The position numbers and the translations under genes are program-made. Positions 56,140-64,000 of a DNA stretch of 64,000 nt are shown in pieces. The notes under the pieces were generated by a model. It was not told the DNA's origin, searched no databases, and saw only the letters and a list, made by a program, of their open reading frames with translations. This DNA comes from Alphaproteobacteria bacterium (GTDB lineage Bacteria; Pseudomonadota; Alphaproteobacteria; GCA-2746255), in the NCBI GenBank assembly GCA_965249135.1, contig OZ252220.1:480001-544000 (forward strand), written 5' to 3'. The number at the start of each line of letters is the position of its first letter. Positions within the stretch are counted from its first letter, which is position 1.

Positions 56140-56818
56140 TCTCGAGATCCCCTTGCGTAAAGTCTGGCCAGAATTTATCGAGAAACACGAATTCCGTGTA
56201 CGCAGATTGCCAGAGCAAGAAATTGCTTATGCGCTTTTCGCCGCTGGTCCGGATGATCAGGTCTGGATCCGGCATGCCGGCGGTTTCGAGGTAAGTCGTG
56301 AACAAAGATTCCGAAATATCCTCAACGGCAATCTTTCCCTTCACTGCTTCTGCCGCAAGCCCCCGTGCCGCCTCGACGATTTCACTTCGCCCCCCATAGC
56401 TGAGCGCAATGGTAAGATTGATGACTGCATTATCTTTCGTTGCTTCCTCGACCCCCTCGATAAGACCAACGATATCCGGATCGAGTTTCGTGCGGTCGCC
56501 AATGATGCGCAGCCGAACACCGTTCTCCATCATTTCCTCGAGTTCATTCCGCAGATAAAACCGAAGAAGCTGCATCAGATCGCGGATTTCCCCACGTGGA
56601 CGTTTCCAGTTTTCCGAAGAAAACCCGAACAGCGTCAAGTAAGAAACGCCAAGCTTCGCCGCTCCCTTGACGGTGCGGCGGACGGCTTCGGCGCCACGCT
56701 TGTGACCGGCCACCCGTGGCAGATGGCGTGCCCCGGCCCAGCGCCCATTGCCATCCATGATGATGGCGACGTGCTTAGGCACGGGCAGCGTTTCACTTAT
56801 GGAAGGAAGCGGTTCCAT
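56084..56818 (-). CDS. uppS: Undecaprenyl diphosphate synthase
   Basis: HVAIIMDGNGRWA, FSSENWKRP, RTSGEKRISNFLLWQ. Confidence 0.97.
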   Translation of the reverse strand: MEPLPSISETLPVPKHVAIIMDGNGRWAGARHLPRVAGHKRGAEAVRRTVKGAAKLGVSYLTLFGFSSENWKRPRGEIRDLMQLLRFYLRNELEEMMENGVRLRIIGDRTKLDPDIVGLIEGVEEATKDNAVINLTIALSYGGRSEIVEAARGLAAEAVKGKIAVEDISESLFTTYLETAGMPDPDLIIRTSGEKRISNFLLWQSAYTEFVFLDKFWPDFTQGDLENAVREFANRERRYGTSGA

Positions 56819-56820
56819 GG

Positions 56821-57378
56821 CTAGACGTGCGAAATTTCCTTTGTCTTCGTTCCCAGGATTTCGTCGGTTTTGTGAATGCAATCATCGGTCAAAGTCTGAA
56901 TTTTCTGTGACCAGCTGTGGTGTTCGTCCTTGGAAATTTCTCCATCTTTTTCCATGTGCTTCAGAAGATCCATCCCGTCTCGCCGGACGTTGCGGACGGC
57001 GACCTTTGCCTGCTCCGCATATTTTGCGGCAATCTTCATCAATTCGGTCCGGCGTTCTTCGGTGAGTTCCGGAATGGGGACTCGCAAGATCTGGCCTTCA
57101 ATCACCGGATTGAGGCCTAACCCGGATTCACGGATCGCCTTGTCCACCGCCTTCACGTTCGCCTGGTCCCAGACCTGGACCGAAAGCATGCGCGGCTCGG
57201 GTACGTTGATCGTTCCGATCTGTGTAATCGGCATCGGATTTCCATAGGCCTCGACGACGAGTGGTTCCAGAAGGCTCGCGGAAGCGCGGCCCGTGCGCAA
57301 GCCTCCAAACTCCTTATGAAGCGCCGTCAGCGCGCCTTCCATGCGTCGTTTTATGTCATCCAGGTCGGGCTCGGCCAT
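56821..57378 (-). CDS. frr: Ribosome recycling factor
   Basis: LRTGRAS, LTEERR, VRNVRR; 185 aa from ATG 57378. Confidence 0.97.
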   Translation of the reverse strand: MAEPDLDDIKRRMEGALTALHKEFGGLRTGRASASLLEPLVVEAYGNPMPITQIGTINVPEPRMLSVQVWDQANVKAVDKAIRESGLGLNPVIEGQILRVPIPELTEERRTELMKIAAKYAEQAKVAVRNVRRDGMDLLKHMEKDGEISKDEHHSWSQKIQTLTDDCIHKTDEILGTKTKEISHV

Positions 57379-58157
57379 GGGTTTAGCCTCTTTTCCCTTC
57401 GCCATCGTCTTTTCCCTTCGCCATCGTCGATGATCGTAAAATCGCCCTTGCCTTGCACCGCCTGGGCGAAGCCTCCCGGCTCGTGGATCGAAAACACGAC
57501 GATCGGAATCCGGTTGTCGCGCGCCAGCGAGATCGCCGAGGTGTCCATGACCGCCAGATCCTGGGAAATGACGTCGAGATAGGTCAAATGGGTATAACGC
57601 ACCGCATCCGGCACCTTGTGGGGATCGTCGCTGTACACCCCATCCACCTGCGTGCCCTTGAGGATCGCATCGCAGCCCATCTCCACGGCCCTCAGCGTCG
57701 CGGCGGTGTCCGTCGTGAAGAAGGGGTTGCCGGTGCCGGCCGCAAAGATGACGACACGCCCCTTCTCCATATGGCGCGCCGCCCGGCGGCGAATATAGGA
57801 CTCGCAGATCCTTTCCATCGAGATCGCCGATTGAACACGGGTCGGAATATCGAGCTGCTCGAGCGCGTTTTGAACGGCAAGCGCGTTGATCACCGTGGCC
57901 AGCATTCCCATGTGGTCGGCCCCTGTCCGGTCGAATCCCTCCACCGCGCCGGAAACGCCCCGGAAGACGTTGCCGCCGCCGATGACGAGGCAGACCTCGA
58001 CGCCGGCGCGATGGACCTCGGCAACGTCCAGGGCGATGCGCTTAAGGGCGGCCGGATTGATCCTATAGCCGTCGGACCCCGTGAGGGCCTCGCCGGAGAC
58101 CTTCAGTAGAACCCGTTGATAAGGTGGGGATATTTTGGTGGATTTCGCGGCTTCCAT
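57351..58157 (-). CDS. pyrH: UMP kinase (C-terminus extended by a duplication)
   Basis: [23 protein letters not shown]. Confidence 0.97.
   Translation of the reverse strand: MEAAKSTKISPPYQRVLLKVSGEALTGSDGYRINPAALKRIALDVAEVHRAGVEVCLVIGGGNVFRGVSGAVEGFDRTGADHMGMLATVINALAVQNALEQLDIPTRVQSAISMERICESYIRRRAARHMEKGRVVIFAAGTGNPFFTTDTAATLRAVEMGCDAILKGTQVDGVYSDDPHKVPDAVRYTHLTYLDVISQDLAVMDTSAISLARDNRIPIVVFSIHEPGGFAQAVQGKGDFTIIDDGEGKRRWRREKRLNPWPSPTWMT
57389..57428. repeat. 19-bp tandem duplication TCTTTTCCCTTCGCCATCG x2
   Basis: Exact copies at 57389-57407 and 57408-57426. Confidence 0.97.
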
Positions 58158-58248
58158 GGCATCGTCCGTGTCGATTTCCTAGTCGCCGGGGCCGTGGGTC
58201 GAAGCACCGGCATGATGGCATAAGCGCTTAAGCGACGCTAGCCATGCC

Positions 58249-59175
58249 TCAATCGCCAAGCTGCGCTGCGACTTCGGCGGCAAAATCGCTTGCTTTGCGT
58301 TCGAGCCCTTCGCCGAGCGCGAAGCGGAGAAAACCGGCCACCTGGATCGGGGCGCCGACTTCCTTTTCTGCCGCCTCCAGCGCCTTTGCCACCTTCGTTT
58401 CGCCGTCGATGACGAAGGTCTGCTCAAGAAGGGCAACTTCCTCGTAATATTTGTGAAGGCGGCCTTTCACCATCTTCTCGATGATCTCTTCGGGCTTCCC
58501 GCTCGCCCGTGCCTGGGCGGAAAGCACCTCGCGCTCCCGTGCCAGATCGGCCGGATCGATGGCTTCGATCGTTACCACCTGGGGGTTTGAGGCGGCGACG
58601 TGCATGGCCAGCTGCCTCCCGAAGGCATCCAATTTCTCCGGATCCCCGGTCGATTCGAGGGCGACGAGGACGCCGATCTTGCCAAGTGACGGCGCCACCG
58701 CGTTGTGCATGTAGGAAGCCACGATACCCGGTGACACGCGAAGAACCCCTTCCCTGCGAAGGGTCAGGTTTTCCCCGATCGTCACCACCAGCTCGTTCAG
58801 CCTTTCCCCGATCGTCCCGCCTTGCGCAAGGCTGGCCTTCTCCAGTGCGTCGATCCCGGCGCTGCCCGCCTCCAGCACCGTCTCCGCAACGGCTTGAACG
58901 AAGCCCTGAAACGTCTCGTTACGGGCGACGAAGTCCGTCTCCGCATTCACCTCGACGAGGGCGCCGCCGCCAGCGCCTGTGGCGATCCCCACCAGCCCCT
59001 CGGCGGCCATACGCCCCGCCTTCTTCGCGGCAGTCGCGATGCCCTGCTTGCGCAGCCAGTCGACCGCCGCCTCCAAGTCGCCAGCGACCTCGGCAAGGGC
59101 ACACTTGCAGTCCATCATGCCGACGCCCGTCTTCTCACGAAGCGTCTTGACCATTTGGGCGGTAATCTCGGGCAA
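58249..59175 (-). CDS. tsf: Elongation factor Ts
   Basis: LREKTGVGMMDCK, NAETDFVA; TTG start. Confidence 0.97.
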   Translation of the reverse strand: MPEITAQMVKTLREKTGVGMMDCKCALAEVAGDLEAAVDWLRKQGIATAAKKAGRMAAEGLVGIATGAGGGALVEVNAETDFVARNETFQGFVQAVAETVLEAGSAGIDALEKASLAQGGTIGERLNELVVTIGENLTLRREGVLRVSPGIVASYMHNAVAPSLGKIGVLVALESTGDPEKLDAFGRQLAMHVAASNPQVVTIEAIDPADLAREREVLSAQARASGKPEEIIEKMVKGRLHKYYEEVALLEQTFVIDGETKVAKALEAAEKEVGAPIQVAGFLRFALGEGLERKASDFAAEVAAQLGD

Positions 59176-59240
59176 GCTTAAACTTATTCCTAAGAAAATT
59201 TACTTAACTATCTAATTTTTATAATTATTTATTCGATAGC

Positions 59241-60080
59241 TCAACTGGCTGATGGCGCTTCCCCGGCCGGTTTCTCGACGTCCGTAGCGACCGCTTCGGC
59301 CGGTGGGGAGCTTTCCTCCGGCACCCTCGTGCCCGCCACCGCCTCCTCCGCCGCCTCGGCATCGGCTCCGACGTCCTCGCCGGACGCGCGGCGTTCCTGC
59401 TGCAGTCCGTCGAGAGCGGCGCCGGCAATGAGGTTGCAATAGATGTTGATCGCCCGAATGGCGTCGTCATTGCCCGGAATCGGATGGGCGATCCCCTGCG
59501 GAGAGCTGTTGCTGTCGAGCACCGCGACGATCGGGATATTCAGCTTGATGGCTTCCTTGGCCGCGATCTCCTCGCGGTTTGTGTCCACGATGAACAAGAT
59601 GTCCGGCAGACCCCCCATCTCCTTGATGCCGCCAAGGGCCCGCTCCAGCTTGTCCTGCTCACGCGTAAGCTGCAGGGTTTCCTTCTTCGTCAGCAGCGTC
59701 GTCTCGGCGGTAAGCTGCTCTTCGAGCTCGCGAAGGCGCTTGATCGACTGCGAAATCGTCTGCCAGTTCGTCAGCATACCGCCCAGCCAGCGATGGTTGA
59801 CGTAGTACTGCCCGCAGCGGGACGCCGATTCGGCGATCGTCTCGGTAGCCTGGCGCTTCGTACCGACGAAGAGCACCCGTCCGCCTTCCGCGACGGTGTT
59901 CCGGACCACCTTCATTGCCGCATGGAGAAGTGGCACGGTTTGGTCGAGATTGATGATATGAACGCCGTTGCGGACCCCAAACAGATAAGGGGCCATCTGC
60001 GGATTCCACCGCCGGACGACGTGGCCGAAATGAACGCCCGCCTCGAGAAGCTGGCGCATCGTAAAGGTCGGAAGTGCCAT
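59241..60080 (-). CDS. rpsB: 30S ribosomal protein S2
   Basis: [27 protein letters not shown]; ATG 60080. Confidence 0.98.
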   Translation of the reverse strand: MALPTFTMRQLLEAGVHFGHVVRRWNPQMAPYLFGVRNGVHIINLDQTVPLLHAAMKVVRNTVAEGGRVLFVGTKRQATETIAESASRCGQYYVNHRWLGGMLTNWQTISQSIKRLRELEEQLTAETTLLTKKETLQLTREQDKLERALGGIKEMGGLPDILFIVDTNREEIAAKEAIKLNIPIVAVLDSNSSPQGIAHPIPGNDDAIRAINIYCNLIAGAALDGLQQERRASGEDVGADAEAAEEAVAGTRVPEESSPPAEAVATDVEKPAGEAPSAS

Positions 60081-60200
60081 AGCCTTAAGTCTTCTCCGGT
60101 TCGACCTCCGCGGGAAAAACATTCGACGCGAGGACGCGCCGAACACCGGATCGGTCTCCCGAAGCGCAGCGCCCCAGAAACCGCTTCCCGCGTGTGAATT
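60081..60200 (-). promoter_or_regulatory. Structured rpsB 5' leader (S2 autoregulatory element)
   Basis: CACAC followed by long-range stem CGCGGGAAG/TTTCCCGCG, internal CCGGT complementary to ACCGG near the RBS, GGAGG after the stem. Confidence 0.65.
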
Positions 60201-60281
60201 TGATCGACCGTTACATAGCCGGATTGCCCCCTCTTTTTCAAGCAAAAAGGTTGAAAATGCAAGGCGTTGGCGGGGATTCCC

Positions 60282-63200
60282 TTAGGTTTCCCGCAGCTCG
60301 GCCACGCCGGGCAGACGGATGATCGCTTCGCGGGTCGTGACCGAGAGGGCGAACTTGCCTGGAAGCCGCATCTCGATCTCCTCGGCCTCGCCGAACGGAA
60401 AGATCAGCTGGACGACGCCCTGACCGCGTTTTTCATTTTTAATCAATTGCTTAAGGCTTTCGATCGGACGGTCATCCAAGAGCCGAATTTGAATCTGGCC
60501 GCCGGTTTCGGCCGCCACCTTTTCGAGGCTCTGGATCTTCTGGGCGGCCATGCGGATCGCGTCACCCTCCATGCGTGCATCCACCGTCACCAGAAGCGGC
60601 ATGCCGGATTCCAACAACTCGCCGGCATTCGCCAGCAATTCCGAAAAAACGATGGCCTCATAAACCCCACTCGAATCGGAGAGCTGAATGAAGGCGAAGC
60701 GATTCCCCTTGGCGGAGGTCCGTTCCTGTTTGCCAATCACCGTACCGGCAAGCTGAACCCGTTCCGTCTTGCCGTCCGCCAGCCGGTCGAAAAGATCGGC
60801 CGCCGCCGTCACCTGCAAACGCTCGAGCAGTGGGCCATAGGCATCCAGGGGATGAGCCGAAAGGTAAAAACCGACCGCCTCGTATTCGCGACGCAGGCGG
60901 TCCATCATTGCCCATTCCGTGGTCTCGGGCAGAAATTCGGCGAAGGTTTCCGGCGATTCCTGGAAAAGATTTTCCTGGTGGGCCGACCGTTCCTGTTGGG
61001 CGGCGCTCGCCCGCCCCATCAATTGATCGATCGCGGCAAACAACTGGGCCCGGTTCGCATTCAACTGGTCGAAGGCGCCTGCCTGGACGAGGCTTTCGAA
61101 CTGGCGCCGATTCATGGCCCGGGAATCGAGACGCGAGACGAAATCGTAAATGTTTTCGAAGGCGCCGCCGTGCATCCGTTCCTCGACGAGCAATTCCATC
61201 GCATGGGCACCAACGTTCTTGAGCGCCGCCAGCGCGTACCGAATGGCCGATGCTCCCGTCTCTGCCTGCTCGACCGTGAAGACGACCCCTGAGCGATTGA
61301 TGTCGGGCAGCAGCAGCGGCACCTTGAGGCGCGCCAGCTCCTGGCGAAGGCCATTCAGTTTGTCCGTATTGTTCAGGTCGAGCGACATCAGCGCTGCCAG
61401 GAACTCGACCGGATAGTTCGCTTTCAGATAGGCCGTTTGATACGCGACAAGCGCGTAAGCCGCGGCATGGGACTTGTTGAACCCGTAGCCAGCGAACTTG
61501 TCGACCTGTTCGAAGATGTGGGAGGCCCGCGCCTCCGGCACCCCCTTGGCAACGGCACCATCGACGAAGTTTTTCCGCTGGGCCTTCATCTCCGACTTGA
61601 TCTTCTTGCCCATGGCCCGGCGCAGGATATCGGCAGCGCCCAGGCTGAAGCCGGAAAGCACCTGGGCGATCTGCATCACCTGTTCTTGATAGATGATGAC
61701 GCCGGACGTTTCTTTCAGGATTCCTTCGAGAAGGGGATGCAGGTAATCCGGCTTTTCCCGGCCATGCTTACAGGCGATGTAACGGGGAATGTTGTCCATC
61801 GGGCCCGGCCGGAAAAGCGCAACCAGCGCGATGATGTCCTCGAAGCTGTCCGGCTGTAAGCGCCTTAGCACGTCCCGCATGCCGGAACTTTCCAGTTGGA
61901 AGACACCGACCGTCTCGCCAAGACCCAGCATCGTGTAAGTCTTCACATCGTCCAGCGGCAGCAGCGAAAGATCGACCTCGACCCCGCGGGCTTTGAGGAA
62001 ATCGAGGGTTCGCGCGATCACCGTCAGGGTCTTCAGGCCAAGGAAGTCGAACTTCACGAGGCCGGCCGACTCGACATACTTCATCGAAAACTGGGTCACC
62101 GGCATGTCCGAACGCGGGTCGCGATAAAGCGGGATCAGCTCGTCGAGTGGACGATCCGCAATGACGACGCCGGCCGCATGGGTTGAGGCGTGGCGGTAAA
62201 GCCCCTCCAGCTTTATGCCGATAGCGAGCAGCTTGGCGACGGTCGAATCTTCTTCCCGCATTGCCTGCAGGCGGGATTCACGCGCGATCGCATCCTCAAG
62301 CGAGACCGGATTTGCCGGGTTGTAGGGCACCAGCTTGCAGATACGGTCGACCCGCCCGTACGCCATGCCCAGGACCCGGCCGACGTCGCGCAACACGGCG
62401 CGGGCCTGCAGGGTCCCGAAGGTAATGATCTGGGCGACCCGATCCACCCCGTATTTCTTTTGGACGTAGTGGATGACCTCGTCGCGCCGGTCCTGACAGA
62501 AATCGATGTCGAAATCCGGCATCGATATGCGCTCCGGATTCAGGAACCGTTCGAAAAGAAGGCCGAAGCGCAGGGGATCGAGGTCCGTGATCGTCAGCGC
62601 CCAGGCGACGACGGATCCCGCACCGGACCCACGGCCGGGACCGACCGGGATGCCTTCCCGTTTTGCCCATTGGATGAAGTCGGCGACGATGAGAAAATAC
62701 CCGGGATAGCCCATGCGGCCGATGACATCGAGCTCGTATTCCAGACGTTCCCGGTAGCGCTTCGCAAGGCGCTCTTTTTCGTCTTTCTCCATCCCATCGT
62801 TGAAAACCTGGTTGGTGAGTCGCGTCTCGAGCCCGGCTTCCGACTGGCGGCGAAGCGTTTCCGTCTCGCTTTCGCCTTTTGGGATCGGAAAGGCCGGCAG
62901 AATCGGATCGTGCGCTTCCAACAGGAAGGCGCAACGCTTGGCGATGACCAGCGTGTTGTCGACCGCTTCCGGCAAATCGGCAAAAAGGCTGCGCATTTCG
63001 CTCGAGGATTTGAAACGATGCTCGGGCGTGAGCCGCCGCCGGTCCTTATCCGAGACATGGACGCCTTCCGCGACACAAAGCAGCACGTCGTGGGCTTCAA
63101 ACATGGCCCCGTCCGCAAAGAAGGCCTCGTTTGTCGCCACCAGCGGAAGCTCCAGCTCATAGGCAAGATCGAGGAGTCGTTCCTCCGTCGCCGTCTCCTC

Positions 63201-63749
63201 TTCCAGCCCGTGACGCTGGATTTCGACGTAAAGCCGACCCGGAAAAATCCGCGCAAGCGCGATCAAGCAATCGCGCGCTGCTTCCTCCTGCCCCTCCATG
63301 AGATGCCGGCCGATGGGGCCTTTCGCGCCCCCGGTAAGGACGATCAGCCCCTCGCCCGCCGCCTCGAGATCGCCAAGGGTGACGTACGGGTCCGCGCCCG
63401 ATCCCTTTTCGAGGAAGGCCTGGCTGACCAGCCGGATCAGGCTTCGATAGCCCGCCTCGTTCTGCACGAGAAGTACAAGCGCGTTCTCACGCGCATTCTT
63501 TTCCGGACCCTTTTCTCCATTCGCCCCATGCGCCAGCGTGATCTGGCAGCCGAGGATCGGCTGAACACCGGCCGCCGCTGCCGCCAACGAAAATTCGAGC
63601 GCGCCGAACAGGTTGTTGGTGTCCGTAATCGCGACCGCCGGCATCCGCTCCTTGCGGCAGCGTTCAACGATTCCAGGAATTTTGAGCGCGCCCTCGAGGA
63701 GCGAATAGGCGCTGTGAAGACGAAGATGAACGAAATCGGCGGTCGGCAT
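60282..63749 (-). CDS. dnaE: DNA polymerase III alpha subunit
   Basis: HLRLHSAYSLLEG, GRGSGAGS, PDFDIDF, YGFNKSH; 1155 aa, no intein-sized insertion. Confidence 0.98.
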   Translation of the reverse strand: MPTADFVHLRLHSAYSLLEGALKIPGIVERCRKERMPAVAITDTNNLFGALEFSLAAAAAGVQPILGCQITLAHGANGEKGPEKNARENALVLLVQNEAGYRSLIRLVSQAFLEKGSGADPYVTLGDLEAAGEGLIVLTGGAKGPIGRHLMEGQEEAARDCLIALARIFPGRLYVEIQRHGLEEETATEERLLDLAYELELPLVATNEAFFADGAMFEAHDVLLCVAEGVHVSDKDRRRLTPEHRFKSSSEMRSLFADLPEAVDNTLVIAKRCAFLLEAHDPILPAFPIPKGESETETLRRQSEAGLETRLTNQVFNDGMEKDEKERLAKRYRERLEYELDVIGRMGYPGYFLIVADFIQWAKREGIPVGPGRGSGAGSVVAWALTITDLDPLRFGLLFERFLNPERISMPDFDIDFCQDRRDEVIHYVQKKYGVDRVAQIITFGTLQARAVLRDVGRVLGMAYGRVDRICKLVPYNPANPVSLEDAIARESRLQAMREEDSTVAKLLAIGIKLEGLYRHASTHAAGVVIADRPLDELIPLYRDPRSDMPVTQFSMKYVESAGLVKFDFLGLKTLTVIARTLDFLKARGVEVDLSLLPLDDVKTYTMLGLGETVGVFQLESSGMRDVLRRLQPDSFEDIIALVALFRPGPMDNIPRYIACKHGREKPDYLHPLLEGILKETSGVIIYQEQVMQIAQVLSGFSLGAADILRRAMGKKIKSEMKAQRKNFVDGAVAKGVPEARASHIFEQVDKFAGYGFNKSHAAAYALVAYQTAYLKANYPVEFLAALMSLDLNNTDKLNGLRQELARLKVPLLLPDINRSGVVFTVEQAETGASAIRYALAALKNVGAHAMELLVEERMHGGAFENIYDFVSRLDSRAMNRRQFESLVQAGAFDQLNANRAQLFAAIDQLMGRASAAQQERSAHQENLFQESPETFAEFLPETTEWAMMDRLRREYEAVGFYLSAHPLDAYGPLLERLQVTAAADLFDRLADGKTERVQLAGTVIGKQERTSAKGNRFAFIQLSDSSGVYEAIVFSELLANAGELLESGMPLLVTVDARMEGDAIRMAAQKIQSLEKVAAETGGQIQIRLLDDRPIESLKQLIKNEKRGQGVVQLIFPFGEAEEIEMRLPGKFALSVTTREAIIRLPGVAELRET

Positions 63750-63848
63750 GCACTCTCCAAAGGGTTGGGCATCCGAAAGGCAAAGGGGTTGGGCTAGAAT
63801 TTCACAGACGCCGAGGTTTGTCAGCGATCAGAAGAAAGCCGGACGGAG

Positions 63849-63857
63849 TTATCCACA
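63849..63857 (+). promoter_or_regulatory. DnaA box upstream of dnaE
   Basis: Perfect TTATCCACA 100 bp upstream of the dnaE start. Confidence 0.65.
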
Positions 63858-63877
63858 AAAAAATGCTTCGCGGCACC

Positions 63878-64000
63878 TTAACCCGGAACGACGGTGCCTT
63901 CCCGCAGGAAAAGCGTGCGATCCATACGCTTGGCCAGCTTCAGATTGTGGGTGGCGACCAACGCGGAAAGCCCGGCCTCGCGGACGAGGCGAATGATTTC
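63878..64000 (-). CDS. lolD: ABC ATP-binding protein C-terminus, probably LolD (partial)
   Basis: [35 protein letters not shown]; H-loop ATHN; usual position upstream of dnaE. Confidence 0.75.
   Translation of the reverse strand, partial: EIIRLVREAGLSALVATHNLKLAKRMDRTLFLREGTVVPG

Noticed and set aside
59176-59240. Very AT-rich rpsB-tsf spacer as an sRNA or insertion
   Set aside because: Only 65 bp with no stable stem or flanking repeats; compatible with an unstructured translation-initiation region
60267-63797. Long plus-strand ORFs opposite dnaE (341 and 535 aa) and similar ones opposite eno, pdhC and comEC
   Set aside because: Typical antisense open frames of high-GC coding DNA with no recognisable motifs

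Overview
GC-rich alphaproteobacterial chromosome segment (Rhodospirillales-like gene order), mostly conserved housekeeping genes: MBL hydrolase-mazG; ntrB-ntrC-trkA-dat-HAD-hfq-hflX; ispDF-pgpA-cinA; tpiA-secG-pyrG-kdsA-eno-ftsB-pdhABC-lpdA-lipA-ratA; ppiD-trpE; trpGDC-moaC-moeA-lexA; comEC; gltX-gltA; and the lolD-dnaE-rpsB-tsf-pyrH-frr-uppS-cdsA-dxr-rseP-bamA-skp-lpxD-fabZ-lpxA-lpxI-lpxB cluster. The main accessory segment (27.4-35.5 kb) splits the trp cluster. It holds a composite-transposon-like unit of two apparently identical, frameshifted IS630 copies around a truncated TAXI-type gene and a secreted amidohydrolase. This unit sits in one CTAG that serves as the stop codon of two convergent genes. 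Next to it are a yibQ-like pseudogene and a copA-cueR pair. Smaller signals: short tandem duplications at gene boundaries (before mazG, in the CueR promoter, at the ends of moeA and pyrH), an hflX frame with no canonical start codon, a low-GC YCII-like gene bounded by 9-bp direct repeats, a possibly leaderless pyrG promoter, and recognisable NtrC, CueR, LexA, IHF and DnaA sites. I saw no CRISPR array, rRNA, tRNA, prophage or clearly new multi-gene system. All product calls are from motif recognition by eye, not database searches.
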